Notes: a model not told the origin generated them from the sequence alone. A stretch of DNA of 59,931 bases, filler included, from Sphacelaria rigidula (GCA_964200075.2; 7 parts of 7 records of this genome joined end to end with filler, not necessarily neighbours in it); one strand, 5' to 3'. Counted from the first letter of the whole stretch, positions 11,701-25,620 are shown. Translations and numbers: made by a program.

Positions 11701-14700
11701 ACATTGTTCTGGAACGCCTTTGCTCACGTACTCGTACTACAATTTTGCTTGTTTTTGGCTGTCAAAATTTCGTCGAAATGCCTGGAAGCTGCAGAGCCTT
11801 GGACCAAGAACGGGGGCGTCCCAAGGTTGCTTGTCACCGTTCCGCGGTCGGATGCCATGAAATGACTAAAAACAATATTGCGCTAGAGCATAAGATACAT
11901 GTTGTTATTGGAGAAAATTCTACGTGAGCTCGTCGTTGAATTACTGTGCTTGATAATGGTTGATTTTTGCGTAGGACCCACGTGCTCATGTGCTTGTTTC
12001 AGCCCCCATGGAAAATAATACAATACCCCATAGAAACATGTACGCTTGTTTGCGTATTGCTTGCTGAAGGGTTGATAGCAATCAGTGCCTCAAACCACAG
12101 ACATGCCACCGCCCGGAGTAGCAAACACCGGTATTTGGTGTGTTGCCTGCCAGCTCCAGTGACGACTCGTGAGCGTGTTGAAGACCGAGATGAACTGTCA
12201 AAATCGCAAGACCTCGGCGAGTTTCGGAAAGGTTAACTGTCGCATGAGCACGGTGGCCCGATTGCGCCTCAGCGCTCATGTACTTTCTTCCCCTAACAAA
12301 CGCGGTTCTGTTGAATTTCCTGTTCTCACGTTTCAGGAGACCGTGGAGGAGTGTATCAAAAGAAGTCCGCAGCCTCATGTACGTTTGCACACGCCGAACA
12401 ATCCAGACCTGGCAGTGGTGCAAGGAGCAGTTCACTTTGCGCCACTCTCATCCCAGCTACCCTCTAAAACGGGCCCTTCGGTCCCTGTGGGACCCAACTG
12501 GGAAGCTCTGACGGCAACCATGTCCTATGGCATCCTTTCCAATGAGGTAGGATGGCAACTTCGCTCTTACTCATGCAGCATGACATGACATGATTTTGCC
12601 GTAACATTCGACTCAGCTGTTTTAGTGCTACTTGGTTCGGGGACGTGTGCCGTTTGGAGCAAAGCACCGGCTTGTGGTCTCTCCAGACACGACATTTCTT
12701 CAGCTGTTTGCCTCAGTAGGAGCTGGCCCGCCTTGCGTCTGTAACCCGTCACTAGCACCTGGGAGCCCATCTGATAGTAATCCTGGTGTCCTTGTAATGA
12801 TGTATCTCGTATGATGAACGCATCCTGCCCGCAACAATTCCAGGTGGCTGGCTGTGCTCAAGCAACCCTGTTCGAGACCTTCATTCTCAAGGGGATGGGC
12901 TATGCGCCACAACATACGGTAAAACCTGATATCAATTCTAGCTTACCTCTGACAACAGGGTGGAGTGGCACGCAATTTTCTGAATAGCCAAATATATGTA
13001 TTCTGATTGGTTGATAGCTGATGGCATCCATGTCTATGGAGGGGAGGGGTATGTAGACATGGGATATTGTCCCTCTTGCGCTCCATGTGGCGTTGTCTCG
13101 GTGCCTGGTTTGTATATGTCGTGGGTATCGTTGGATGCGGCGTACTTCCTCCAGCGCTCGTTTTCGGTACGGTGGGGGAATGCCGCGTGCTAGAATCAGC
13201 GACGATGACGTTGGTATTTTTCTGCGAAGAGCGACCAATCAAGACCCGCTGTAGAAGACAGAGGCATTGTACATGCACCATTGGAGTGTGTTCTTGTTGC
13301 TCGTTGTATGCTTGCCCTCTCCGAAGTTTTGACGAGAAATGCATTCGAAGTACACTGCCCTTGGAGGTCGGGGTTTTAAATTTTCGACGTCATGGCGTGC
13401 ACCCGGAGGAAGATACAGCAAGGCTTCGACATTACCACCAGCAGTGCACAAGCATGTTCCGCTATGATAGTTATGTCTCAAGCTTGTGATGTGCTATACG
13501 ACCATTATTCGCTGTGCCGCAGGCAACGAAGAGCTTCGCCGTGAGAAGGAACCAACCGTTCAACATGGTGATCATTTCATCTGACAGTGACCAAGTGCAC
13601 ATGGGTCCCAACTTGTTGAACGAAGAAGGAGTCGATCTGGCTTTGCAGTTCAGCGAAGCGTTTGTGGTGAGACCACGCGGAGAAGCGTCCGGTCATTTCA
13701 CAGTCGCCGTACCGTGCACAATTTCCACTTCATGCACGGGAGTTGTAAGTGACGTGGGAAACACGCAAGTTCACACCCTTTCTCACTCGTTGGATGAGAG
13801 AGCTTCTCGTGCAGAAACAAATGGCCATATCGGGAGGTTGGCCATTACGGGGTCGGCCTCTTGGGCATGGGTGGAACAGACCTTTTGCGTTCGCTTGTAT
13901 GTTGAGGGCGGCGGTTGTGCTTCTCCCTGATGGTAATGCGTACTATCTTCATCCCATGCTTGTGTGTTACCTAATTGCGAAAGAAAAATGCTTCAACGAA
14001 TTTTCGCAGGTGCATCCTACGAGGACGGCTCGCCCTGCTCAGTCTGCGCAGTTGCCGTCGAAAAAAAGCTGGTTATGCTGCTGCGGTGGAAAACCCGAGG
14101 ATGTCGCTGGCACCCACGAGGAAGCCGATGATGACATGATGGAGATCAAAGTCGAGTTCATATTAACGTGAGTACGCCAAGGCTCAAAGAAAGGAGAGCC
14201 TTGTTGAGCACGAATAACGGGTGGCGCAAGTAGTTCCATGCCGCATCTCGTTGAATACCTTGCGACTTTAATGCTTGCGTCATGTTGTCGGATACACTCC
14301 GCGTTAATTTTTTGCGGCTCTACCTTTTGATGCTCACCATTATTGTGTACTCAAACACCATGCGAGACGGATAAAATTGTCGTCATTGCCAGTCTCCGTC
14401 TATGCTTGTGAGGTGGAGCGCAGGGTTGCCGGTCCTTACACCCCAAAATGTACTGGGTTGCGTGAAGAAAATGGAGGTAAACGCAACGCCGCGGCCCATT
14501 GCCCAGCGATCTACTTTCATCAAGTAATGTCCATATCTTCTATGGCATGAAATCCGTCACGTAGGGGGGACGTTGTCCACGCCATCATGAGTTTCATTGC
14601 GAGAACTGTATGAAAGGCTCCGATTTCGACATGGAGTCCAACACGGGCTCGTGAAGAGGCCAGGGGTTTGTAGAAACCGGTTCGAATGTCTCATCCATCC

Positions 14701-15247
14701 TCGCACTGGAGATATACAACCACTGAAATATCCGCCGCAAGATATATCGTCGTGGTGTGGGCAACTGTTCTTGTATGATTTTTTTCGCTTTTCGCTGTTC
14801 CCCTGACCATTGGGAGGCTGAAAGTGAAGCCTCTTCACACACGCTGTACCATGGTGAGAAAGAGCGCGCCTCGTCAATGTTTCACTCTGTCCTCTGGGCC
14901 CGAATGATTCAACATCCAGCATACAGGGAAAGCACAACACGAATACCTGGCGCAACGACCAAATGGCTCATCTTTGCCCTACGTTACGAAAATGTTGAGA
15001 GGTGAAAAGGCCACAGCTCCGAAATTGTGCAGGGGAAAGCGGGGTGAAGGGATCTTGTTTCCCCCCCCTGCGACCAGCTTGTACCACACAATATTGACGT
15101 ACGGTATTCCCGCATCCAAATTTGCTTTTCGTTTCCAGGGGCATCAACTTGTTGGTGAAGGTAGTATCGGACACAGGTGACGTGCTAGGAACCCAGGCCG
15201 TCAAGTTCAAAACAAGGCACCAGCGACACCCTAGTGGCATCGACTGA
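8770..15247 (+). CDS. Atypical Hsp70 (HSPA12-like, actin/Hsp70 ATPase fold); 5'-partial, 11 exons to stop
   Basis: Phase-compatible exons: 8770-8807, 8983-9129 (IIDCGGGTVDIS...GGKWGATNVDKRF), 9380-9466, 9797-9937 (NWERAK), 10396-10478, 10868-10967 (VVMVGGFSGS), 12337-12546 (PDLAVVQGAVHF...SYGI), 12844-12918 (FETFILKG), 13523-13666, 14010-14167 (EIKVEFIL) and 15139-15247 (TGA). DCGGGTVD, VGGFS-S, AV--GA and SYGI in this order are hallmarks of the HSPA12-type subfamily. Confidence 0.85.
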
Positions 15248-17153
15248 CGTGCAGGCGGTGACGATCACCCCTTGTTTTGGGGTTTGTCATGTTGCCCCGT
15301 AAGCCAAAGGGCGAAGGGGAGGGAAGGGAACGTTTCCGCTTTGCAAGCGTCGTTCCAAGTCTCGGAGGTACGATGCCACTGTCATTCTTACATCGCGAAG
15401 GATTATAACGAGGCAACACTGCGACAAAACGCGCGCCAGGTGCTTCCAGCATGTTTCACGCCAAAATTAGTGTAGCGGCTGGTTGTACAGCCCTGCTAGT
15501 AGCCATGATTGCGGTAAGCTTGGCACCCGAGTCATGTCGCTGGGTAAGACTGGGTGTCTATAACCCCTGTCGGTAGCGTATCGGACTTGCTATGGTGGAT
15601 ACAAAGGGCTTTCTATACGGAGTGATTTGGTCTGAGGGTGTCGCTTCGTTGTTGTGCGAGTGACAAGCACGCGGGACGTGCTTCCCATAAGAGCCTGCTT
15701 ACAGCAGATGTTGCGACGCCCGCGTTTGTGATGAGGTATTCAGGGATTTTTTCTATTGTTGGCCTCCATATATATATATATATATATACATGTATAATTG
15801 CATGTTTCGTGTGCCCGTGCTCGTCTCCTTCATTTGAATCTCCTAGCACTTGTAGTAGTTTGTGGAGCCGAGGTTGCACTCATTCTCCATCTCTAACGTT
15901 TATGTTTTCCTTAGGCTCATGGACAGCAATTTGTAGGCTCGGTGTTGTTGCTGTGATGCACGAGGAGTTATGTCCCCTTTACGAGTAGTCAGTCATCAGC
16001 AGCATTTCATCCAAGTCTTGTTCGTTATAAATCTAGGGTTATTGCTTGTGCAATTACAACGCATGGTACGCGTTTTTTTATGCAGATTGGGTGAATTTTC
16101 TGCGCCAGGTGGTGTTAGTGTACCATAGTGTCAAGCTTCCGCGCCTGTACGTGAGGTGTCCAAACTGTGCTGTGGTCGCCGGTCTAGTCACTCGACATTT
16201 AACTTTCATTTCATGATGAGTTTATCTGTGAAATGATATTCAAGGTGCGGTAGCGTATAATTGCTTCCTATTTCATTTTGATCTGCTGATGTGTGAATTG
16301 ATCTTCGAAGCACGCTGGTGTATAATTCCTTTATATTTTCGTTTTTGTCGGAAGTCCTATACATCAGCGCCTGGTATCAGATAGGTTACGGGGGCATATC
16401 AAATACCAATGCATACCCCTCCAAAAAAACGTGATCTGTCATGAAAGTTGACAATTTTGTAGTCAAGTTCATATACCCCCACATTTTTCCATATACAGTT
16501 ATGGGTGCGCCTGACCCCCCAACATGAGCAAAAAAAGTGTCACCGACCAAAATCACGAACAGACACGAACAGATCGACTTTTGGGGGCTTATCCAGGCTC
16601 GTCGGGTAAAATATGCCTCACGTCATCGGGAGAAAACGACATGGATCCAAACTTTATATCGAGAACCCTACCGTTACTTCCGTTGTTGTTCCTCATATAT
16701 TGCATGCCACTGCGTCGCTTTTCGCCCGCGCTTGCGATACGCTGGAATGCCAGGAGGCTAGTTGGGTTAACCCAGCCCAACGCACACCGAGAACCCTCGG
16801 GCAAGGGCGGTACACACACTCTCTAAACAGTGAGGCTTTGATAGACCCCAAATCTGCGCCTGTGGCGCGAGTTTCAACGAAAACACGTTCTGCTCACACG
16901 AGGAGCCCACGGGATTGTCAGTCCTACCTACGTTCCGATTCTCGTTGTACGCACTCAAACCAAGTAATATCTACCGTGAAACATACGGCTTTGATCGACT
17001 CCGTACTCTGATCCGGTGTGAGCTTGTTGTCCTGCTTGAGAAACTCTTGCGACNNNNNNNNNNNNNNNNNNNNNNNNNNNNNNNNNNNNNNNNNNNNTTA
17101 ATTAATTAANNNNNNNNNNNNNNNNNNNNNNNNNNNNNNNNNNNNNNNNNNNN

Positions 17154-19657
17154 ATGGACACAATCCCGGGGAGCGGTTGATTCTCATTTCAAAATACGTT
17201 CTCATTTTTCTGGCAACCCTGTTGAATGCTGTCGGAGGCTGTTCTGGGATCTTGGCGACTCCTGTCGGTTTGATGTCCTGTGGAGAAACTGCGGCTGATA
17301 ATGCTGTGCCCATCCCCATACATTTTCCGGATACTGCCTGAGTCGTAAGTGCTGACTCGATCCTTTTGTTCAAGGTTTTCAAATTTTGAATAACCTGCAT
17401 ATTCATGTACTGTAACGCTCCACCACAAATGCTGTTTGGAATTCTAAATATTCCGAGGTCTACGTAGGAATCATCCGACACCCTTTTTGTCACTGCCTCT
17501 ACGGGAGAGAACAGATGTCTCCCCAAAACTGCAACAATCACGGCAGGAAGCTGAACAGAGCGCTGGATTCCTTCAGAATCAGTAGCGATGGTGTTAATAA
17601 CGCCTCTTCCCGTACCATGTAGGAGATGACGTCCAGCAGTAAGAATACTCAGCTGTGGATCAAGCTTCACGGAATCCACCATTTTTCGTTTGATATTCGG
17701 CAATAGCTGATCGTCTAAAAAATGTCCACTTGAGCCACCGTCAACTGCCATCTGAAAGAAAATTTCGTCGGGTGTACAATGGTTGGCAGTGACATGTGAA
17801 CTCGAAAGAGAGGAAAATCCAATGCCGTTTGATGGTGGACAGGTATCGGTCACAGGTTCAGCTGAAGATATTGAAATTCGTTGGCGATGGTTATTCGATG
17901 GCACGGTCGTGGAAGCTGGATCGCCGATGGTTGTATTAGCTTGGCGTTGATGTCCGTCGAAGTTGTTCGTTGTTCTTGTCGTTGCGGTTGTTGTCGTTGC
18001 GGTTGTTGTCATTGCGGTTGCCGTTGTTGCGTTGGCTATACACTGAATCGTCATGTTAATCAGTGCGGTGAAGACCGCACCATTTTACAGGCCTGTTTCC
18101 ATTATTGGACTGTCCTATGGAGTGACAGTCGCGCATACGATGACCTGGTTTTCCACAGGAATAGCATTCTCCACGAAATTTCGCGGGTTGATTCGAAGAG
18201 TTCGAGATTGATGCTGCCAGTATCGATGAATCCGGCGATGTGATCTACCCGCACTTACTCTGTGCCCCAGTCTATTGGCATATATGTTGCGCAGGATACT
18301 TTCGATTTCCCCTGTGCTGAAGTACGGGTCTCGTTCGGCATTGTATTTTATCTGATCGAAGTCGCTGGCTAGATCCTCGATTATAATATCACTTACTCTT
18401 TCATCGGAGATGGGCTCGCAAATGTGAACGAGCTCGTCTCGGTTCTGGAATAGTCTTGCAAGGAAGACGTCCGGATCTTCCCCTGGTGACATGGTCATGT
18501 TATCCAGTTGTCGCATGAGTAAGCGGCGTCTTTGCTGAGATGAGTTCTGGTATTTCGCAACCAGACCTTCCCACGCACATTTACCGTTTGGTTTCTCTGA
18601 ACCCTTCGGCTGAAAACGCAGGAGGTAACTTGCCACTGAACCAGTTGTCGACAAATACAAAACGTTGAACAACCGTTCGTTATGCCATCCCAGTTTTCTA
18701 TCTTACGCGTGTTCAAAATTTGTCGCACATTTGACGCCACGCTGGGATGATCAGACACTTCTCGAACAGGAGGTTGGGCTTGATCACCAGCAGTTTCAGC
18801 ATCATCCGTCGCTGCTGTCGTCTTGCTCGTCGCGGCTGCCCCCACCGATGATGACTGCGAACGAGCGGGCGGCTGCTGATGGCTCCTGGAACGTGTCGCA
18901 ATGGGGCTTGTTCTCGATGTCAATCTAGCAGCTGGTTGTGGGTGATATACCTCACAAAAAGCTTCATCATAAATTTCCGTGGGGAGTTCAACCCCATTGA
19001 GGATAAATATTATAAATCTGCGGATGAGTCAAGAACAATATTGCGCGCGTAGAGCGCGTCCAGTCGACGAACTTCGTACCGTCGAACTTGCTGATACCCC
19101 TCATGAGTTGAGTTACAGCTGGCTCTCCCGGTGTATTTATATATACATCTGCCTCAAGTTTTATCTGTAAATCTTTCTTTTCACACCAGCAGATCTTTTG
19201 AAAGGATCTGATTTCTTGGTCTTCTGGTCGTCGCTGCTCAGATGACTTTGAAGTGACGTCCCCTCGCTCCTGCTGACCGTCGTAGTCTCGAATCAAAGGC
19301 TGATTACCTGATGGACTACGTGGTCGCGAATCGAAGGCTCAAAATCTGTTGGAAAGTTTTGGCTCGTGGTGTTTGGTACTGTTCTCGAAACAGACCGACT
19401 ACTGTCACGGAGACAGTAGTATACCAGAGGTTGCACAGTGGTAGTTAAACCACCTGCGTCTGCAGCAGGCAGAAAGCCAAAATACAAAAAATGGTGTTCG
19501 GGGCTCTTCACTTCGGCCGAACAAAATCAAGCACGGTAGCCTTGCCAGTTCTATACAGCTTGGATCAATTGCACACTTGCACACAAGATATTATCTTCAG
19601 GCTTACGTGGCCTAAATACTCTGCTAGCGTATCTTCCATTGACAAATCATGGCAACA
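17154..19657 (-). mobile_element. Decayed Ty1/Copia LTR retrotransposon, 5' half (LTR, gag, protease)
   Basis: gag N-terminus (KFDGTKFVDWTRS, 18988-19130). UBN2-like gag in ORF 18115-18672 (AWEGLVAKYQ...MSPGEDPDVFL). CCHC knuckle CYSCGKPGHRMRDC at ~18125-18166. Copia protease motif MAVDGGSSGHF in ORF 17154-18054. Frameshifts and stops are present, and the element is cut by the contig start. Confidence 0.88.
19347..19657 (-). repeat. Putative 5' LTR (~311 bp) of the Copia element
   Basis: On the minus strand it begins TGTTG and ends CAACA. It is followed by GATTTTGAGCC, a degenerate match to the GGTTATGGGCC-type Copia primer-binding site, and then gag. The partner LTR is not in the contig. 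Confidence 0.55.
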
Positions 19658-20431
19658 CGCCTACTCCAGCAATATCCTACTTGAAACGTCATTCAAACAG
19701 ATAAACTACAAATCAACACGAAATAGGTACTCTGTGAAAAAGATACGTTGAAACAGTATTTCATGGTCCGTAGTTTCGTTGAACCGTAACAGATTGCACC
19801 GCTGTCTTTTGTTGCAACGACTTCATTCAAACACAATGAATATAGACTGCATCGTCTGGATTTTTCCAACATAAAGTGGGGATGAGCTTCGCGCTGGACA
19901 GCAATCGCTCGCTGATGCATGGCGCTCGTCAAAAGCAGGCGTCAGCGCTGTTTCTACCCTCAGTACGGACTCTCCCTCCCTCCGTCTCTTGTTTGTCGAA
20001 TAGTAGAAGAGTCCTTCCATTCATTCATTGGTCTTGTTTTTCGAGTAGAGTTATGGCCGATAGAGTTGAGAATACAATCTGGAATGATAAATGGCGCTCT
20101 AGGTCTGCTGTGGCTATCGCACATGCCCTCGATGGCGCAAGAGAACTTGAAAAGACAAGTTAATGTAGTACGGAAGAGTGTCACAGTTGTGTGTACGCGC
20201 GCGTTGATGTCGTCATCTCGGGTCAGCGGGAGCGAAGAAGGTTTCCCCCCCGTGAACCGTCAGTTCGCCTTTTTTCTCGTGTGATGGGATATCTACATGA
20301 CATGAGTTGAGTCAATACTCGGCCTTACACGTGAACATGTGCAAACAGCAAGTCTCTATATGTACTGTGCGAGTTGTGATATGGCATGCTCAGGAATTTT
20401 CCCGAACGACGTTTGAAAATACCCATTATAA

Positions 20432-20872
20432 CAGCTGATCATCGAAATTGAGGATGGAGCTTTTCGTTGAGGATGAGAACCGGGAGGATTAAAATCTCCG
20501 TATCCACACCAAATCTTAGAAAAAAATCAATCATTTCACCTACTGGTAGCTATCGACAACTACTACACGCCATGTAAATTTGGATTTCGATAACCAAGAT
20601 ATTGGGGTCCTATTATGAGGTGAAAAACCAATTTCGAGGAAATTCGGCGATCCGATCGGATCACCTAAATTTCCCAAAATTGTTTGTTCGCCTAGTCCCC
20701 CAATATTTCGTTTGTCGAGATCCAAATTTGTAGGGCGTATAACAGTTGCCAATAGCTACCAGAAGGTGAAAGATGGAATGATATTCCGAAGATTTGGGGG
20801 ATACGAAGATTTTGATCCTCCGCATTCTCATCCTCAATGAAAAGCTCCATCCTCAATTTCGATGATCGGCTG
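20432..20872. mobile_element. Complete fold-back MITE (~440 bp, almost entirely palindromic)
   Basis: CAGCTGATCATCGAAATTGAGGATGGAGCTTTTC ... GAAAAGCTCCATCCTCAATTTCGATGATCGGCTG. The arms pair imperfectly up to the centre GATCCGATCGGATC (~20649-20662). Relatives at 8146-8371, 51289-51356 and 55148-55368. Confidence 0.9.
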
Positions 20873-21847
20873 GTTTATACGACTGTATAAATTGCGCTAT
20901 TCATTTGCCCAGGAACTTTCAACAGCTTCAGATTTTCGGACAATGACCGACAGGCAGACGAGGCACAGTGAGGACCAACGTGCTACAACGCACCCAGAAA
21001 AAAATGTTTTGCAGTTTTTTCGTGAGGCGGTCCAATGCCGTGTATCAGTAACTACTCTGTGACTGTTTTATTGCCCTCCAGCTGCCTATTTACGTCTACA
21101 ATTTGGCGTCTACTCGAGAAGGCTCTGGTGTAACAGTCACGAAACGCAACGGGTAATCGTCCGGCTCGGGTAGAAAATGACGCGTGTTAGTGCTGGCTCG
21201 ACAGAGCTGGGGTTACTCTGCGCGGGGTCCTTTCCCTAGGACTAACCACTTGATCGCACAGGGGTGTCGACCCAGCTGGATTTACTTGTTGATTTGTTGG
21301 CCATGAGAAGAAGTGACTTGTCGTTGTCGATCATCACGTAAGGACACTCAAAGGAAAAACCAACGCCTTTGACGACGAAGAGTCTGGGACGGTTACTGCA
21401 GTAATAAGAGCAACCATGTACGAACACCAATATACAAAGTGGTGCATTGATTGCCATACGTACACTCAAATGGAGAATGACTGCGTGGCGGTCAGAGGGC
21501 CAACGGTAATTCGATAAGGTTTTCCACTCAGTCCCTTTTCGTGGACGGGCTCCGGTGCTGTAGCAGGCGTGGGTTCTCTTCTTGAAAAAGAAGGAAATTT
21601 TGCTTACTTTTGTGAGGGACAGGGATTGGATTTGTGTTGGTTGCTCTCGTTGTACGGCTGAAGAAAAAATAGAAATCAAACGGAGGATGATTCAGGATTC
21701 GGCGGGCCAATAAAGTACTCGTAGTGGTGTGTTCTTCGAGGGAGATTTTTTCGGACTTTCCTTCTTGTACCACGTAGTAGTTTGTACGTCTACTTGCAGT
21801 TTATTTTGTCTTCCTTTTTTTCCTCATCCCCTTTTCTTTCTACTCGC

Positions 21848-21884
21848 TGCTGTGCTGTGCTGTGCTGTGCTGTGCTGTGCTGTA
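21848..21884 (+). repeat. (GCTGT)n microsatellite
   Basis: Direct reading of the sequence. Confidence 0.9.
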
Positions 21885-23364
21885 TTGCGCTGTACGTGAT
21901 GGGCGTTAACAAACAAACGAGTGCGCAGGCGAAAGGAGGGCGAGGGGGGTGAGAAACTGTACGATACTGAGATCTAAATGATAGTAGTGATGCTACACTA
22001 TCCGAGGGTGAGGGGAAAGGGCTCTATGTAGTTGCAGTACACTCCAGGATAGACGGTGTATCGGTCCAAGTGTAAATGTTGACAAAAATCAACGCTGCTC
22101 GGGGAGAGGAAGAGAGGGTCTATTCCGTTTGGTATGGTTCATTGACAGGGCACATACGGTCCACGTGAGACAACTTTTACACGCTATTTTTTCGTCACAA
22201 TTTCCGAAAAATAATCGAATTGAAAAGTGAAACAAGGAGAACAGTCGTGAGGGAGGCGTCGGACTGAGTGGGTAGCCGCGGAGTTTTCTATTTTGGAAAA
22301 ATCCAACGTTCTGGGCCAGAGTTAACCCCAAAGTACCCCCGAAAAACAAGTTTTATCCAAGTTGGGTAGCCCCGTCCTATTTCGTGCCTTCTTCCTTCCT
22401 CGTCGGATCGTATGGGCCCAGCAGAACGTGCGCTTTGTCACTCACAGCCCCGCTGAAAGGAATAACCGCGGCACCGTGTCTAGCGCGCAATGAAAGCTCT
22501 GCCTGTGCATTGAGTGGTGTGTGTGTATGTGTGTGTAGGGGGCGAGAGGGCGAGGTGCTTCACTCTATTTTGAACTCAATAGGTAGGTTATCGCATATGA
22601 AAACGAAGAAAATTACCTTCCAGATCTGCTTTGTCCTTGACAATAACTGTTTCAAGTTTTAATTTGAGAAAAAAAAGGAATCTCGGGTAAATACAAGAAT
22701 TGTGTAAATCCGCTGTCGGATTTTTTTCTTTCGGAAATTTACACGCCCCAGGAAAAGTGAACAAGATTGTTAGAGTGTTGGGCATAGAGAGGCCAGAAAC
22801 AAGAAAAGAAGAAAAATCTAAAGATAGTCGCGGTCGCTCTTGTCCGAAAAGGTCCCTACCTCTGTTCCGTAAGATGCATTTTTCGCATTTCGTTCAGAAT
22901 CGGGCAATTTTTTACTTCAAACGGGTCTCAAATCATTCTACAGCGAAGTAGCGAAAAAAGAGGGTTACTTGGGATTAGCAACAACGACGAAACTCGTTGG
23001 ATTGATTATGACAAAAGTGGAAACAAAGCTGCCTTTGCCCCAAAAGATTGTTATGTTCTCAAGATATTTTCTTCCTTTTTCTAGCGCAAGTTAGTCGTCA
23101 TTGAATGTGAGAGATGAACACAGCATTTCAGTACCTTTGAGGCACCATACACGCTCCGCATATCAAGTACACGGAACTTTGAACCTACCTGTTTGGTTCT
23201 GCACGTTCTTGTTGTCATGGTGGTGACAGGTCAACCAGCCGCAAGACCTTAGCGCTGGTAGCCACAAAACGTTTGGGCACGTTCGCACCACCCTTGCGAG
23301 ACAGGCGGGAAATCGGAAATCCAAGTCCAAATTTCCCGCCATGTTCTTGAGTCAAGTGTGTATA

Positions 23365-25119
23365 CAGGCTGGTTCAGGGTGAATGTGATGCCACGGTAGG
23401 GATGCCCTTTTTAGTCCAAGAGTTGTCTGAGGCTGCACAATAAGACCCAGATATTCGTTCGTCGTCGAGAGGCTTCCACACGAAGTAGCGTCAGAAAAAA
23501 AATGCACCCCTACCGTGGCATTGCTCGTACATGCCCCAAAATTACTCTCCTCTAGGTATTTATTATTATTATTGTTCATTTTTTTGGTCGCACTTTCAAC
23601 CTCTCCCCTTCCTCGGGACGAATCCGTGGTCTCAAGGGATCAAACCATATCTCCCCGGTATTGGTACAAAACGCAAAACTGATCCCATGGAAACATATTT
23701 GGTATCATAGTGAGCCCCACGAGCAAGCGAACAGGGTGACATGGCCAGAGGGTCCTTCCATCATTTGCCGTGACGCTGGTGGTAAGGATATCTCTCAGCC
23801 AGTTGGGGGCCTTCAAATACGAGTTTCCGACACAGCTTGTACTCGATCTCATCATGAATTAGACGTTAGTAATCACCATCAGTTACGGGATCTAACGCAA
23901 ATAACATGCTTGAAAACGTTTTTTTTGGGATCGACTTATACCCCAAAACGTGGGATTTCGGTGACATGGAGTTTTGGCGTCGTCGGATTACCGCTGATAA
24001 TATGCATCAAAGGCCCAGATATCCTCGTGACGGTTTCCCTTGTACCTGTCGTAAAAAAGTTCCGATCATCCTCAAATTGGCAATTTGGTAGATATGGGTG
24101 CTCCAAATGAAAAAAAAAACGCTGGGTAAATTTCAAAGTTCATCTGCCCTCCACTGGCCTCTGGGGGTCCCCGGCTGAAGACCCCCAGAAGCCGGTTTAT
24201 ACTGACTCGAAATAAAATTTTCAAAATTGACCCGTCCCGAGGTAGTCCAAGGAACGTTTGTACGAAGTTTCGTTGCGTAACTCGAAAAGCTGATCCCAAA
24301 CGGCCGATGCAAGCTTGGACACACAAGAAAAAGGTGGGTAGCATATCGTACTACAATCAAGGGCGTTCGGAGGTGGAAGTGCCCTCTGACCTTCAGCAGC
24401 GGAGAGGGAAGGGGGGACACCATGGCACGCTGGGGTGCTGCAGGAAGCGGAGAGGTTCATGACCTCTTGGCACAAGATCGAGGAAGAGGCCAGACGACAA
24501 CGCGCGATTAAACGGGAGGTTTGAGGAGAGGGGGGAAGAGATTGAAGGATGCGTAACCAGGATAGTACCAAACAACAAATGGCGGAAGTGGTAGGACCAC
24601 CGTCATCTCCCCTTGCATTATTTTTTTACCAAGTGCTGGCTCCAACGCACCCTTCCCCCCGAGGTGGTGTGTGATGTTATGTGGTGCTCTTCCTGTTATG
24701 CCTGATGGATTCGTACGCCTAGCCGTCCCTCTGGAGGCACAAGGTTAGAATCCTGCTACCTGGGCGGCTTTGGCTGGTGATCGTGGCTCTCGAGTTTAGC
24801 TCAATTCCACTTTGGCCTCGCGTGTTGAGTGAGCCAATGGACCCTGCCTCCACTAGCCCGAATGGTCGAATATGTCATCGGAACTTAGAGGGCTAGCAGT
24901 AGTCATTTTTCTTTCCTCTTTTTTTGGTTTTAGTACTTTTATTTCATGTGTTTTTTTCTTTTGTATCGCGTCTGTGTGAATTATTTCTGGATCCGATATA
25001 TTTGATCATTTTTTATTTTAACCTAGTTTGGGGTAGTTAGCCTGTAACCACGGAAGGCGTCCGCATCAGATGCCAGTACAGAGTACTGGGCAGATATCGG
25101 AGCGGTTTTGAATGTGAAG

Positions 25120-25157
<38 letters not shown>

Positions 25158-25418
25158 CAAGTAATTAGGGGATTCCGCGTACATCTCTGTACACTTTAAC
25201 GCATACGTGCGCAATTTCTCACGCGGTTTTTCGAGTGATTTGTTTTCGCCAGATATCTGGGGTCCCCCAGGAGGCGGTGTGACTTTCAAAACTTCATATA
25301 GAGTTTTGGAATATTCCAGAGCACGCGTGTGCAAAATTTCAGGTTCTAACTAACTCGAAAAACTTGCGTGAGGAATCACTGAGAAGTACATTTTGGTCGT
25401 TCACCCTGAACCACCCTG
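23365..25418. mobile_element. Tc1/mariner-type non-autonomous element (TA flanks) carrying nested insertions
   Basis: TA|CAGGCTGGTTCAGGGTGAA ... TTCACCCTGAACCACCCTG|TA (18/19 inverted match). Contains a MITE end (23495-23527), a reversed (AAT)n-tailed retroelement end (~23555-23660) and a LINE 3' fragment. Confidence 0.6.
24330..25156 (+). mobile_element. 5'-truncated non-LTR retrotransposon (LINE, RTE-like) 3' end with (CAA)n tail
   Basis: ORF remnant WHAGVLQEAERFMTSWHKIEEEARRQRAIKREV* (24423-24524), then a T-rich UTR, the conserved block TAGCCTGTAACCACGGAAGGCGTCCGCATCAGA and a (CAA)n tail at 25121-25156. The same block and tail recur at 28501-28599. Clade assignment is from recollection, not from a search. 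Confidence 0.6.
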
Positions 25419-25586
25419 TATCAAATTGCCATATTTTCGCAGTCTCCGGGAATGATGACCCTCGGCGGACCAAAGCAAACACTGTCGACTTACGCTGTAC
25501 CCCCCTTACTTGCTGGGACCAGAACAGTGGGTAATGATGGATTCGTTGTCTAGAGCGTGCCTTCCTTGCTGCGGCCGTTGAAGACG

Positions 25587-25620
<34 letters not shown>

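Noticed and set aside
17054..17153. TTAATTAATTAA motif and ORFs ending in X...LIN
   Set aside because: Synthetic six-frame stop linker, identical in all six spacers.
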